From Candidatus Eiseniibacteriota bacterium (GTDB lineage Bacteria; Eisenbacteria; RBG-16-71-46), in NCBI GenBank assembly GCA_963776245.1, contig CAVZLN010000007.1, forward strand, positions 64,001 to 128,000: 64,000 nucleotides of DNA, given 5' to 3'. Made by a program: the position numbers and the translations under genes. Below are positions 29,857-41,729 of the stretch, in pieces (position 1 is the stretch's first letter; each line of letters opens with the position of its first letter). The notes under the pieces were generated by a model that saw only the letters and a list, made by a program, of their open reading frames with translations, had not been told where the DNA came from and made no database searches.

Positions 29857-30890
29857 GCGACCCCCTGCGTCAGCGGGGCGATGGCCACCGGAGCGCCCCC
29901 CGCGGCCAGCGACCGCTGCGCGGCGTCGAGGACCTTGACCACCTTGAGCCCGCTCTCGCCGTCGGTCGCGGGGGTCTTGCGGTCGCGCACGCAGTCCACG
30001 AAGTGCTGGCACTCGAGCTTGAGCGGCTCCTGCAGGGAGACCTTCGGGATCACGATGTCGCCGCTGCGCACCGTGAGGGCGTCGCCGTACGACACCACCT
30101 GCCCCGCGCGGTCCACGCCCTTGTCGTACACGCGGATCTTCTCGCTCGCGTCCATGTCGTCGAACACCACCATCTTCTGGCTGCCGACCACGGTGAGCTT
30201 GCGCAGCTTGTGCGGGTCGAGCCACGAGACGTGGACGTGCGCCTGCTTGCCGCCCGGGAAGCGCAGGTCCACGAACACCACGTCCTCCACCCCCTTCTGG
30301 AGGAAGGCGGAGCCGCGCGCGGCGACGTCCACGGGCTCGGCGTCGAGCAGGTGGAGGATCACCGACAGGTCATGGGGCGCGAACGACCACAGCGCGTTCT
30401 CGTCCTTGCGCACCTTCCCCAGGTTCACGCGCTGCGAATAGAGGTAGTACACGTCGCCGAGGTCGCCGCGCGTGACCATGTCCTTCACGTAGCGCACCGC
30501 CGGATGGTAGATGAGCAGGTGGCCGACCATCAGGATCCGGTGCTTCGCGCGGGCGATGCGCACCAGTTCCTCGGCGTGGGCGACCTCGAGGGTGATCGGC
30601 TTCTCGACGTACACGTCCTTCCCCGCCTCGAGCATGGCCTTGGCGAGCGGGTAGTGGCTCACCGCGGAGGCGGCGATGACCACCGCCTGCACGTCCGGGG
30701 CGAGCGCGATCTCCGCGGGGTTGGGCACCGCGCGGGCCTGCGGGTACTGGCCCACGGTGCGGGCGAGACGCGCGGCATCGAGGTCGCACAGGGCGGCCAG
30801 GCGCGCGCCGGGCAGATTGGCGAAATTCCGGATGAGGTTGGCACCCCAGTCACCGGTCCCGACCACCGCGATCCCTACGGCTTCCGACAT
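29853..30890 (-). CDS. Gfo/Idh/MocA oxidoreductase (WbpB/WlbA-like)
   Basis: VVGTGDWG, GKDVYVEKP, MVGH, ALWSFAPHD, SWLDPHKLR. Confidence 0.9.
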   Translation of the reverse strand: MSEAVGIAVVGTGDWGANLIRNFANLPGARLAALCDLDAARLARTVGQYPQARAVPNPAEIALAPDVQAVVIAASAVSHYPLAKAMLEAGKDVYVEKPITLEVAHAEELVRIARAKHRILMVGHLLIYHPAVRYVKDMVTRGDLGDVYYLYSQRVNLGKVRKDENALWSFAPHDLSVILHLLDAEPVDVAARGSAFLQKGVEDVVFVDLRFPGGKQAHVHVSWLDPHKLRKLTVVGSQKMVVFDDMDASEKIRVYDKGVDRAGQVVSYGDALTVRSGDIVIPKVSLQEPLKLECQHFVDCVRDRKTPATDGESGLKVVKVLDAAQRSLAAGGAPVAIAPLTQGVA

Positions 30891-30949
30891 GGCATCCTCT
30901 CAGTACGGCGGGTCCAGAAGGAGACGCGTGGGGGCATCCGATCCAGCGC

Positions 30950-30979
30950 AGCCTAGCAGCGGCGCGGAAACGCGGTCAA
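30950..30979 (-). promoter_or_regulatory. sigma70-type promoter for the sugar-modification trio
   Basis: Minus strand TTGACC-N18-TAGGCT with TGn extension, 60 nt upstream of the ATG. Confidence 0.5.
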
Positions 30980-31012
30980 CGCGCCGGCCCGCGCCGCGCG
31001 GCGCGCGGGCGC

Positions 31013-32023
31013 TCAGGCCGCCATCGGCCACAGCGTCTCCACGCGGTTCTTGCCGCGCTGCTTGGCGAGGTAGAGCGCGCGGTCCGAGGCCTGCAGCAGG
31101 CTGGTCGGATCGGACGCGTCCACCGGGTAGGTCGCGACTCCGAGGCTCACGGTGATGGCGCCGCGCGGCGCGAGCGGGAAGGTGTGCGCCTCCACCGCGG
31201 TCCGCATGCGCTCCCCCGCCACCAGCGCGCCGTCGCGATCGGTCTGCGGCAGGATGAGCGTGAACTCGTCGCCGCCGTACTTGGCGACCAGGTCGAACGA
31301 ACGCACGTGCTCGGCGAACAGCCCGGCCAGTTCACGCAGCAGGAACGAGCCGCGCAGGTGACCGTGACGGTCGTTGTACGCCTTCAGGTTGTCCACGTCG
31401 ATCATCACGATCGACAATTCCTGGCGGAAGCGTCCGGCGCGCTTGATCTCGCGCCGCAGCGCGCTCTTGAGGAAGCGGTAGTTGTAGACCTGCGTCAGGT
31501 CGTCGGTGATGGCGAGCTTCTCGACGCTCTCCGAGAGGCGCACGTTCTCGAGGGCCATCGAGGTCCAGGCGCCCAGCAGGGTCACCAGGTTGATCTCGTC
31601 GGACGAGAACGACGCGGCGGCGTGGCGGCGGTAGACCGCCAGATACGCGGGCGACTGGTCGCGCTGGCGCAGCGGCACGAACACCGCGGGGCCGGCGTCG
31701 AGCCCGGGGCAGCGGTCGTCGATGCCGAGCCGGCCGTCCTCCGCCGCGTTGGGGGTGGCCAGCGGCGCCCCGCTGCGGAGCAGCAGGCGCGCGAACTCGC
31801 TCCCCGTCCGCTCGGCGTCCCGGCGCTCGGGGCGCTCGAGGTCGCGCCGCATGAGCCAGCGCTCGCTCTGGCGGCTGGTGCCGCTCAGCACCACGGCACC
31901 GTCGCATTCGGCGACGGTGAGCGCGGTGAGGAGCACCCGCTCGAGCAGTCCGCCGCGCGCACGGGATCCGGTGCGCGCGGAGAGGTCGAGGAGGGACTCC
32001 ATGATCTTCTCGCGGCTGAGCAT
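31013..32023 (-). CDS. GAF-GGDEF diguanylate cyclase
   Basis: TDDLTQVYN, MIDVDNLKAYND..GH, KYGGDEF, ADRALY-like, AK..GKNRV. Confidence 0.93.
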   Translation of the reverse strand: MLSREKIMESLLDLSARTGSRARGGLLERVLLTALTVAECDGAVVLSGTSRQSERWLMRRDLERPERRDAERTGSEFARLLLRSGAPLATPNAAEDGRLGIDDRCPGLDAGPAVFVPLRQRDQSPAYLAVYRRHAAASFSSDEINLVTLLGAWTSMALENVRLSESVEKLAITDDLTQVYNYRFLKSALRREIKRAGRFRQELSIVMIDVDNLKAYNDRHGHLRGSFLLRELAGLFAEHVRSFDLVAKYGGDEFTLILPQTDRDGALVAGERMRTAVEAHTFPLAPRGAITVSLGVATYPVDASDPTSLLQASDRALYLAKQRGKNRVETLWPMAA

Positions 32024-32071
32024 TCAGGCGTCCTGCCGGTTCGAGTATGGGCGTTGAAACCCACTCGATAT

Positions 32072-32088
32072 CGCAACGCCTATGCCAC
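32072..32088 (-). promoter_or_regulatory. sigma54 (-24/-12) promoter for the GGDEF gene
   Basis: Minus strand GTGGCATAGGCGTTGCG = TGGCAY-N5-TTGC, about 50 nt upstream of the ATG. Confidence 0.7.
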
Positions 32089-32102
32089 GGGGATCCGCGG
32101 GC

Positions 32103-33152
32103 TTAGAGTCGTGGCCGCGGACCGGATGCGCGGCCGATGAGCGTCAGGGTCCGGACCAGGAACCCGACCGTCCCGCCGATCAGGAGGATCTCCAGTCCTT
32201 TGTCATACCATGGGCTCAAGGGCAAGGTGGAGCGCGAGTTGAAGTACGCGACCGTGCCGTACGCCAGGGCCGCGGTCAGGCCCGCGGAGGTCAGGGCGGA
32301 GACGATCGCCCAGGTCCGCCACTCGTTCTCCCGGGCATCCGAGGGTTGGGGCATCTCGCCATGGCCGGCTCCCGGGGCGCGTGCATCCTGCACGGTGGTG
32401 GGTCGGCCGGCCAACCCTTCACCGTCGCGTGGTCGGCGCTCAGCCACCCACAGCCGGGCGGCGCCCAGCAGGAAGCCCCGCCGCTCCATGACCTCGAACC
32501 CCGCTCCCGTGAGGGCCGCCTCGAAGGCACCGCCGTCCCCGAACTCGAAGATGGACTCGGCGAGGTAGCGGTAGGCGGTCGGGTCCGGGGACAGCAGGCC
32601 CAGCCGCGGCACCACGTGGCGCAGCCAGAAGCGATGGAACGGCGCCAGCGGTCCGGGCGCCGGCGCGGTCGCCTCGAGCACCGCGAGCACGCCGTGCGGC
32701 CGCAGCACCCGCGCCAGCTCGGCGAGCGCCGCGGCCTGCGGGCGCAGGTTGCGCATGCCGAAGGCCACGGTGACGGCGTCGAGGACCGCGCCGCGCAGCG
32801 GCAGGTGGAACGCGTCCGCGCACGCCAGCCGCGGGGCCCAGCCGGTGGTGCCCTGCTGGTCGGCGGCGATCTCGAGCATCGCGAGGCTCACGTCCATGCC
32901 GAGCACCAGCCGGCCCGGGCGGCGCAGCCCCGCGAGCGACACCCCGCTGCCGGTGCACAGATCGAGCACGGCGCGCGCGTTCTCGGGCACCGCGAGCCAC
33001 AGGGTGCGGCGCCAGGCGTCGTCCCGGCCGAGGGTCATGAGCCGATTGAGCAGGTCGTAGCGGCCCGACACGCCGTCGAACATCTCGGCCATCGCGCCAG
33101 CGGCGCGCGGCTCGAAGCGGCTGCTGTGCTCCGGTGGGATCTCGGGGGTCAT
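32103..33152 (-). CDS. UbiE/MenG-like SAM methyltransferase with C-terminal two-TM extension
   Basis: MFDGVSGRYDLLNRLMTLG.D..WRR, LDLCTGSG, AFGMRN, ELARVLRP.G, AYRYLAESI. Confidence 0.85.
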   Translation of the reverse strand: MTPEIPPEHSSRFEPRAAGAMAEMFDGVSGRYDLLNRLMTLGRDDAWRRTLWLAVPENARAVLDLCTGSGVSLAGLRRPGRLVLGMDVSLAMLEIAADQQGTTGWAPRLACADAFHLPLRGAVLDAVTVAFGMRNLRPQAAALAELARVLRPHGVLAVLEATAPAPGPLAPFHRFWLRHVVPRLGLLSPDPTAYRYLAESIFEFGDGGAFEAALTGAGFEVMERRGFLLGAARLWVAERRPRDGEGLAGRPTTVQDARAPGAGHGEMPQPSDARENEWRTWAIVSALTSAGLTAALAYGTVAYFNSRSTLPLSPWYDKGLEILLIGGTVGFLVRTLTLIGRASGPRPRL

Positions 33153-33185
33153 CGCGGGTGAGCCGATGGGTGCGGAGGGTGTGGG

Positions 33186-33262
<77 letters not shown>

Positions 33263-33273
33263 AGCGGTGAACG

Positions 33274-33298
33274 TTTATAGCACACGGGAGGCGGGGCG

Positions 33299-33302
<4 letters not shown>
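33274..33302 (-). promoter_or_regulatory. promoter for tRNA-Arg
   Basis: GTGACG-N17-TATAAA with TGn extension, 11 nt before the tRNA. Confidence 0.55.
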
Positions 33303-34472
<1,170 letters not shown>

Positions 34473-34495
<23 letters not shown>

Positions 34496-35136
34496 CGCTC
34501 TCCCTCACCGCGGCGACGAAGCGCCGCACGAGATCGGGGTCCTTGATCCCCGGCGCGGTCTCGAGCCGCGACGAGGCGTCCACGCCGAACGGCTGCACCT
34601 CGGCCACCGCCGCCGCGACGTTCGCGGCCGACAGTCCGCCGGCGAGCATGACGTCGCGGGTGCGCGCGAGCGCCGCGGCCTCGTGCCACGGGTAGCGCTC
34701 CCCGGTGCCGCCCGCGAAGGTGGGATGCGCGGTGTCGAGCAGCACCAGGTGCGGCAGCGGAGGCAGCGCGCCGTTGATGCGGCCGTCGGGCTCGACCGGC
34801 ACGCCGAAGCTCACCGGCAGCGGGAAGTCCGCGGGCCACGCCAGCGGATCGACCCGGTGCAGCTGCACGCGCGCGGCCCGCCATCTCGCGCGCCATGCGC
34901 AGCGCGTCGTCGGGCCACGGCGTCACCATCACCGCCACCGCCACCGTGGCGCCGCTGCGCGCCACCAGGTCGGCGGCGAGCGCCGGCTCCACGCGGCGCG
35001 GGCTCGCGCCCTTGATCACGAAACCGAGCCAGTCGGCACCGGCCGCGAGCGCGGCGCGGGCGTCCTCGAGCCGGGTGATCCCGCACACCTTCACGATCGT
35101 GCGGTGAGGTCGCGGGCGGGCGGAGGCGGGAGCCAC
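34473..35136 (-). CDS. trpF: phosphoribosylanthranilate isomerase (frameshift near 34880, probable sequencing error)
   Basis: [12 protein letters not shown]...GADWLGFV in one frame; QLH, LLDT..GGTG, LAGGL..NV, GVDASS.LE.PGIKD in another. Confidence 0.88.
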
Positions 35137-35152
35137 GGTGCGGGTCCCGGCC

Positions 35153-35965
35153 TCAGCCGCGCGCGGCGGCCATCAGCGAGGCGAGGGTCGCGGCCGGGTC
35201 GGGGCTCACCATGAACGCCTCGCCGATCAGCGCCGCGTCGCAGCGGGTCGCGCGCAGACGCGCGAGGTCGGCGGGGCTGGCAGATCCCGCTCTCGGCCAC
35301 CGCGGTGACCATCGGCGGCACCAGCGGCAGGAGCTCGAGCGCGGTCTCGGGGCGCACCTCGAAGGTGTGCAGGTCGCGGTTGTTGATGCCCACCACGGTC
35401 GCGCCCGGCGCGCACCGCCCCGCGCAATTCGTCGGCGTCGTGCACCTCGACCAGGCAGTCGAGGCCCACCAGCCGCGCCTCGGTGATGAAGCGCTGCAGC
35501 TCGGTCTCGGAGAGCAGGGCCGCCAGCAGGAGCACCGCGTCGGCCCCGCGTGCCGCGGCGTCGAGGATCTGGTAGGGGTCGACCACGAAGTCCTTCATGA
35601 GCAGCGGCAGCTTCACGGCCGGGCGCACCGCGTCCACCCACGCCGGGTCACCCCGGAAATGGTCGGGCTCGGTCACCAGCGACACCGCCGCGGCGCCGCC
35701 GGCGGCGTAGAGCGACGCCTGCGCCACCGGATCGACGTCGGCCTGGAGCATGCCCTTCGAAGGTGACGCTCGTTTCACCTCGCACACCAGGCGCAGCGGC
35801 CGTCCGGGCGCGCCGCGACGCAGCGCGCGCTCGAGGCGCCCGGCGGGCTCGATGGCGCCGAGGCGGGCGCGCAGCGCGTGCGCGGGCACGCGGAGCCGTC
35901 GCCTCGGCCACGCGCCGGGCCCGGTCGCCGGCGATGTGGGCGAGGAAGTCCGCGCCTCGGGTCAT
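35153..35965 (-). CDS. trpC: indole-3-glycerol phosphate synthase (frameshifts near 35890, 35405 and 35285)
   Basis: [61 protein letters not shown] spread over several frames. Confidence 0.88.
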
Positions 35966-35976
35966 GGCCTCTCCCG

Positions 35977-36981
35977 TCAGCCGCGGAACGCGGCGAGCTC
36001 GGTGAGCCGGGTGGCGGCGGCGCCGCTGTCGATGGCGGCGGCGGCGCGCTTCACGCCCGCGGCCAGGTCGTCGCACCCACCCGCCACCACCAGCGCCGCG
36101 CCGCTGTTGAGGAGCACGATGTCGCGGGCCGCGCCGGTCTCCCCCCGCAGCACGCCGCGGATCCGCTCGGCGTTGGCGGCCGCGTCGCCGCCGCTCACCT
36201 GCGCGCGGTCGGTGTGCGACAGGCCGAGCGCCGCGGGGTCCACCTCGAACTCCCGGATGGTGCCGTCCCGCAGTTCGGCGACATGGCTCTTCGCGAACAC
36301 CGACAGCTCGTCGAGGCCGTCGAGCCCGTGCACCACCCAGGCCCGTTCGCTGCCGAGGATGCGCAGCACGTCGGCGACCGGGAGCACCAGGTTGTCCGAG
36401 AACACGCCGAGCAGCTGGCGCCGGGCGCCGGCCGGGTTGGTGAGCGGGCCGAGCACGTTGAAGATGGTGCGCACGCCGATCTCGCGCCGCGCGGTGTTCG
36501 CGTGCCGCAGCGCGGTGTGGTAGTTGGGCGCGAACAGGAAGGTCAGGCCCAGCAGGTCGAGCGAGCGCCCCGCGCTCTCGGGGGTGAGGTCGATCGGCAC
36601 GCCCAGCGACTCGAGCACGTCGGCGCTGCCGGTGCGGCTCGACACCGCGCGGTTGCCGTGCTTGGCGACCGCGACGCCGCACGAGGCGGTGACGATCGCC
36701 ACGGTGGTCGAGATGTTGAAGGTGCCGGCGTTGTCGCCGCCGGTGCCGCAGGTGTCGAGCAGCGGCGCGCGGCGGGTGCGGATCACCGGCAGTCGCTCGC
36801 GCATCGCCTGGGCGAAGCCGGCGATCTCCGTCGGCGGTCTCGTGCTTCATGCGCAGCGCCACGGCGAGCGCCGCGATCTGGGCCGCGGTCGCGTCGCCGG
36901 CGAGGATCTGATCCATCACGGCGTGACACAGTTCCTGTGGCAGATCCTCGCGCAGGACGGCCTTGGCGATGGCGGACACGA

Positions 36982-36985
<4 letters not shown>
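35977..36985 (-). CDS. trpD: anthranilate phosphoribosyltransferase (frameshift near 36835)
   Basis: DTCGTGGD, FNIST, KHGNRAVSSRTGSADVLE, RTIFNVLGPLTNP, GLDELS; GAGGAG RBS before GTG 36985. Confidence 0.92.
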
Positions 36986-37568
<583 letters not shown>

Positions 37569-37572
<4 letters not shown>

Positions 37573-39035
37573 GGCTGGCCCCGCTCGGCGCGCTGCACCG
37601 CGACCCACAGCGCGCGGCCCTTGCTGAGGGTCTCCTCCCACTCGGTCTCGGGATCGGAGTCGGCGACGATGCCGGCGCCCACCCCCCAGTACGCCCGGCC
37701 GTTGGCGTACACCAGCGTGCGGATGGCGATCGCCAGGTCGAGGTTGCCGTGATAGTCGAAGTGGCCGACCGCGCCCGCGTACACCCCGCGGCGCATCGGC
37801 TCGAGGTCCTCGATGATCTCCATCGCGCGCACCTTGGGGGCGCCCGACACCGTGCCCGCGGGGAAGCACGCGCGCACCACGTCGAGCGGGGTGAGCCCCG
37901 GCCGGGCGCGGCCGCGCACGTTGGAGACCAGGTGCATGACCTGGGAGTAGCGCTCCACCACCATGTACTCGTTGGTCTCGACCGAGCCGAACTCCGAGAC
38001 CCGGCCGACGTCGTTGCGGCCGAGGTCCACGAGCATCACGTGCTCCGCGCGCTCCTTCTCCGAGGCGCGCAGCTCCTCCTCGAGACGGCGGTCCTCCTCG
38101 GCGGTGCGCCCGCGCGGGCGCGTGCCGGCGATCGGCCGCACTTCGACCACGCCCTCGGTGCGGCGCACCAGCGCCTCGGGGCTCGAGCCCACCAGCGCGA
38201 AGTCGCCGAGGTGCAGGAAGTACATGTAGGGCGACGGGTTGGTGACGCGCAGCGCGCGGTAGCCCTCGAACGCGGGCTGCGTGACCGGCGCACTCATGCG
38301 ATGCGCGAGCACCACCTGGAAGACGTCGCCGGCGCGGATGTGCTCGCGGGCGCGCTCCACCCCCGCCATGAAGCCCACGCGGGTCGAGGTGGACTCGGGC
38401 TCGGCGGGTGACACGCCCGCGACCGGCTCGCTCCAGTCGAGCGGACGGCGCAGGCGCACGACCTCGCCCTCGATGCGCTCCACCGCGGCGTGCCACGCGG
38501 CGTCCGGATCGTCGCCGCCGCGTGCGTGGGTGACCACCTTGAGCGTGTGGGTGAGGTTGTCGAACACGCTCACCACGTCCCCGAACAGGAAGACGGCATC
38601 GGGCAGCCCGACGTCCTCCTTGTCCCCCGCCGGCACGCGCTCGTACCAGCGCACGGTGTCGTACCCCAGATAGCCCACCGCGCCGCCGCAGAACTTCGGC
38701 AGCCCGGGGAGCGCCACGGCCTGGTGCTGCTGGAGGAGATCGGCCAGCTCCTCGAGCGGATGGCGCGCCAGCACGGTGGTCTTCCCGCCGCGGATCACCT
38801 CGCAGCGGTCGCCGCGCGCGATGAACACCAGCGACGGGCGGCTGCCGAGGATGGAATAGCGGCCCCACTTCTCGCCGCCCTCGACGCTCTCGAGGAGGAA
38901 GCCATAGGGGCCGTCGTCGATCTTGCGGAAGGCCGACACCGGGGTGTCGTGGTCGGCGAACACCTCGCGGTAGACCGGCACCAGCCGGCCCCCTCGGGCG
39001 AGCGCGCGGAACTCAGGGAGCGAAGGGACGATCAT
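37569..39035 (-). CDS. trpE: anthranilate synthase component I
   Basis: FLLESVEGGEKWGRYS, GGAVGYLGYD, NPSPYMY, PIAGTRPRG, EHVMLVDLGRND, FPAGTVSGAPK. Confidence 0.97.
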
Positions 39036-40732
39036 CGGGCCGCGGACCGCGCGGGGGTGGCGCCCAGCAATTCGAGCGCCTGGCGGCGGGTGGTCGCGGT
39101 CGCCCGGTCGCCGGCCAGCATGCGCGCGAGCTCGTCGATGCGTGCCTCCCCCGCCACCGGCTCGATGCGGGCGATGGTGCGCCCGGCGGCGGCGTGCTTG
39201 GAGACGCGCAACTGGTGGCTGGCGAGAGCGGCGATCATGGGCAAGTGGGTGACGCAGATGACCTGACGACGCTCGGCGAGCGAGCGGAGGCGCTCTCCGA
39301 CCGCCTGGGCGACCGCCCCGCCGATGCCGGAATCTACTTCATCGAAAAGCAGAAGGTCAACGCAGTCTAGGGTTTCCAGCACAGACTTGAGAGCGAGCAT
39401 GACGCGTGACAGTTCCCCGCCCGAGGCGATCCGGGCCAGCGCCCGCGCCACCTCTCCCGGGTTGGCCGTGAAGCGCATCTCGACCGAGTCGAGCCCTGCG
39501 GGCCCGAAGTGCCGAGGCTCGGGCGCGGCCGACTCGACCGCGAAGGCGAGCTGGGCGTGGGCGAAGCCGAGCGGCTTGAGCTCCCGGGTGACCCGTGTCC
39601 CCCACGCGCGCGCGCCCTCGCGGCGGCGGGCGCCGAGCGCGGTCCCCGCCCGCGCGGCCTCCTCGCACGTGCTCGCCACCGCGGCGCGCGCGCGCTCGAG
39701 CGCTCCCGCGGCGTCCTCGCCGGTGGCCAGCTCGTGGGCGATCTCCGCGCGCCAGCGCAGCAGCGTGGGCACGTCGCGGCGATACTTGCGCGTCAGGCGC
39801 GCGATCAGGTCGCGGCGCTGCTCGATGCCCTCGAGCGCGCGCGGGTCGGCCTCGAGCGCGGCGGCGTAGTCGGCGAGGGCGCGCGCGGCCTCGCTGGCGG
39901 CGATGCGCGCCTCCTCGAGCACCGGCAGGGTCTCGCCCAGCGACGGGTCGAGCGCTGCCGCCTGTCCGAGGGCGTGCGCGGCGCCGGCCAGCGCGTCGAG
40001 GGCCGGCGTCTCTCCGTCGCTCAGGCGCCCGAGGGCGCCGCCCACCAGTTCGCGCAGCCGGTCGGCGTGCTGGAGTCGCGCTCCCTCGCGCGCGAGTTCC
40101 TCCTCCTCGCCCTCCACCAGACGGGCGTCGTCGAGTTCGCGCGCGGCGTTCAGCAGGTGGTCCCGGCGCTCGTCGTAGGTGGCGAGCGACTGCTCGAGCA
40201 GCGTGAGCTCGTGCGTCGCGGTGCGGTAGGCGGCGAGCGCGGCGTCCCAGGCCGCGCGTTCGGGCGCCAGCCGCGCGAGCCGGTCGAGCGTCTCGAGCCC
40301 GGCGCCGGGACGCAGCAGGCTCTGGTGCTCGTGCTGGCCGTGCAGGTCGGCGAGCACCTCGCCCAGCGACTTGAGCGCGGTGAGCGTGACCGGCGACTGG
40401 TTCACGCTGGCGCGCGACTTCCCTCCCGCCTGGACCTCGCGGCGCACCACCAGCGTCTCGCCCGCGGGATCGAGGCCCCAGGTCTCCAGCAGCGCGCGCA
40501 CGCGCTCCGCGGTCTCGCCCGCGAGCTGGAACTCGCCCTCGACCACCGCGGCCCGGGCGCCGTCGCGCACCGCGTCGGCGTCGGCCCGGCCGCCCAGCAG
40601 CAGGCTCACCGACTGGACGAGCAGCGACTTGCCGGCCCCGGTCTCGCCGGTGACCACGTTCAGCCCGGGGCCGAACTCGACCTCGGCGCGCTCCACCAGC
40701 GCGAGGTCGCGGATGATCAGGCGGTCGAGCAT
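39032..40732 (-). CDS. recN: DNA repair protein RecN
   Basis: TGETGAGKS, LHGQHEHQ, SGGELSRVMLALK, FDEVDSGIGG, QVICVTHLP, ELARMLAG. Confidence 0.97.
   Translation of the reverse strand: MLDRLIIRDLALVERAEVEFGPGLNVVTGETGAGKSLLVQSVSLLLGGRADADAVRDGARAAVVEGEFQLAGETAERVRALLETWGLDPAGETLVVRREVQAGGKSRASVNQSPVTLTALKSLGEVLADLHGQHEHQSLLRPGAGLETLDRLARLAPERAAWDAALAAYRTATHELTLLEQSLATYDERRDHLLNAARELDDARLVEGEEEELAREGARLQHADRLRELVGGALGRLSDGETPALDALAGAAHALGQAAALDPSLGETLPVLEEARIAASEAARALADYAAALEADPRALEGIEQRRDLIARLTRKYRRDVPTLLRWRAEIAHELATGEDAAGALERARAAVASTCEEAARAGTALGARRREGARAWGTRVTRELKPLGFAHAQLAFAVESAAPEPRHFGPAGLDSVEMRFTANPGEVARALARIASGGELSRVMLALKSVLETLDCVDLLLFDEVDSGIGGAVAQAVGERLRSLAERRQVICVTHLPMIAALASHQLRVSKHAAAGRTIARIEPVAGEARIDELARMLAGDRATATTRRQALELLGATPARSAAR
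39331..39360 (-). promoter_or_regulatory. putative internal promoter for the trp operon inside recN
   Basis: TTGACC-N18-TAGATT within a locally AT-rich codon patch about 300 nt upstream of trpE. Confidence 0.55.
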
Positions 40733-40852
40733 GGCGCGGAGTGTAGCCGATGGGCGGACCCGCTGCCGAGGGCGGAGCGCGCGGTGCCCGGGGCGGGCCA
40801 CGCGGGGTGCGGACCGGCGCCGGCGCGCTCGCGACGGCGGTCCGCGGCCGGC

Positions 40853-41722
40853 TCAGAACGAGCGCTTCGCGCTCCCCTGCCAGCCCAGCTTGGCCTGCAG
40901 CGCGTGCGCGAACGGGCGCGCGGGGTTCTGCAGCCGGCGCACCGCGGCCTTGCCGAGCGTGAGCGTGACCCGGTCGCCGTCGGCGAGCTCGAACATCTCC
41001 TGCCCGTCGTAGAGCAGGGTCACCTGGTCGTAGGCGCCGAGCACGTGCACCTCCATCGACGAGCCGGGCGCGAGCAGCAGCGGGCGGCTGCCGAGCGAGT
41101 GCGCGCACACCGGGGTCACCACCAGCGCCTCGAGCCCGGGCTCCAGCAACGGGCCGCCGGCCGAGAGCGAGTACGCGGTCGAGCCCGAGGCGGTCGCCGC
41201 GATCAGGCCGTCGGCCACCAGGTGGCCGAGGTCCTGGCCGAGCGCGCGGGTGCGCAGGTGCACGGCCTGGTAGCCGCTGCGACTCTTGATGACGGCGTCG
41301 TTGATCGCGACCCCCCGCCGCACCACCTTGCCGCGGCGGCGCACCACCGCCGACACCAGCCGCCGGGGCACCACCGGCCAGCGACCGGCGAGCACGGCGG
41401 AGACCGCCTTCGCGGTCTCGTGGGCCTCGGCCACGGTGAGGAAGCCGAGCCCGCCATGATTGAGCGCGAGCATCGCCCCGCGGTGCCCGGCCAGCGCACG
41501 TCCGCCGGCGAGCGCGGTCCCGTCACCGCCGAGCGTGATCATGAGATCGCACCACGCGCCGAGCGAGCGCGGGGTGAACCCGTCCGCGTTCATCGCTTCG
41601 GCGAGGTCGCGTGAGAGGCGCACCTCGAGCCCGCGCCGCGCCAGCGAGCCGCGCAACTGGGCGGCCGCCCGCCTCACGCTCGGCCGGCGGGAGTGGCCCA
41701 GGATGGCGACGCGGCGGATCAT
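40853..41722 (-). CDS. nadK: NAD(+) kinase
   Basis: LGGDGT, GLGFL, AIND, ADGLIAATASGSTAYSLSAGGP. Confidence 0.95.
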   Translation of the reverse strand: MIRRVAILGHSRRPSVRRAAAQLRGSLARRGLEVRLSRDLAEAMNADGFTPRSLGAWCDLMITLGGDGTALAGGRALAGHRGAMLALNHGGLGFLTVAEAHETAKAVSAVLAGRWPVVPRRLVSAVVRRRGKVVRRGVAINDAVIKSRSGYQAVHLRTRALGQDLGHLVADGLIAATASGSTAYSLSAGGPLLEPGLEALVVTPVCAHSLGSRPLLLAPGSSMEVHVLGAYDQVTLLYDGQEMFELADGDRVTLTLGKAAVRRLQNPARPFAHALQAKLGWQGSAKRSF

Positions 41723-41729
41723 GCGGGGC

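Noticed and set aside
39030..39330. trp attenuator leader peptide or T-box before trpE
   Set aside because: trpE overlaps the recN stop; no Trp-rich mini-ORF or U-tailed terminator noticed
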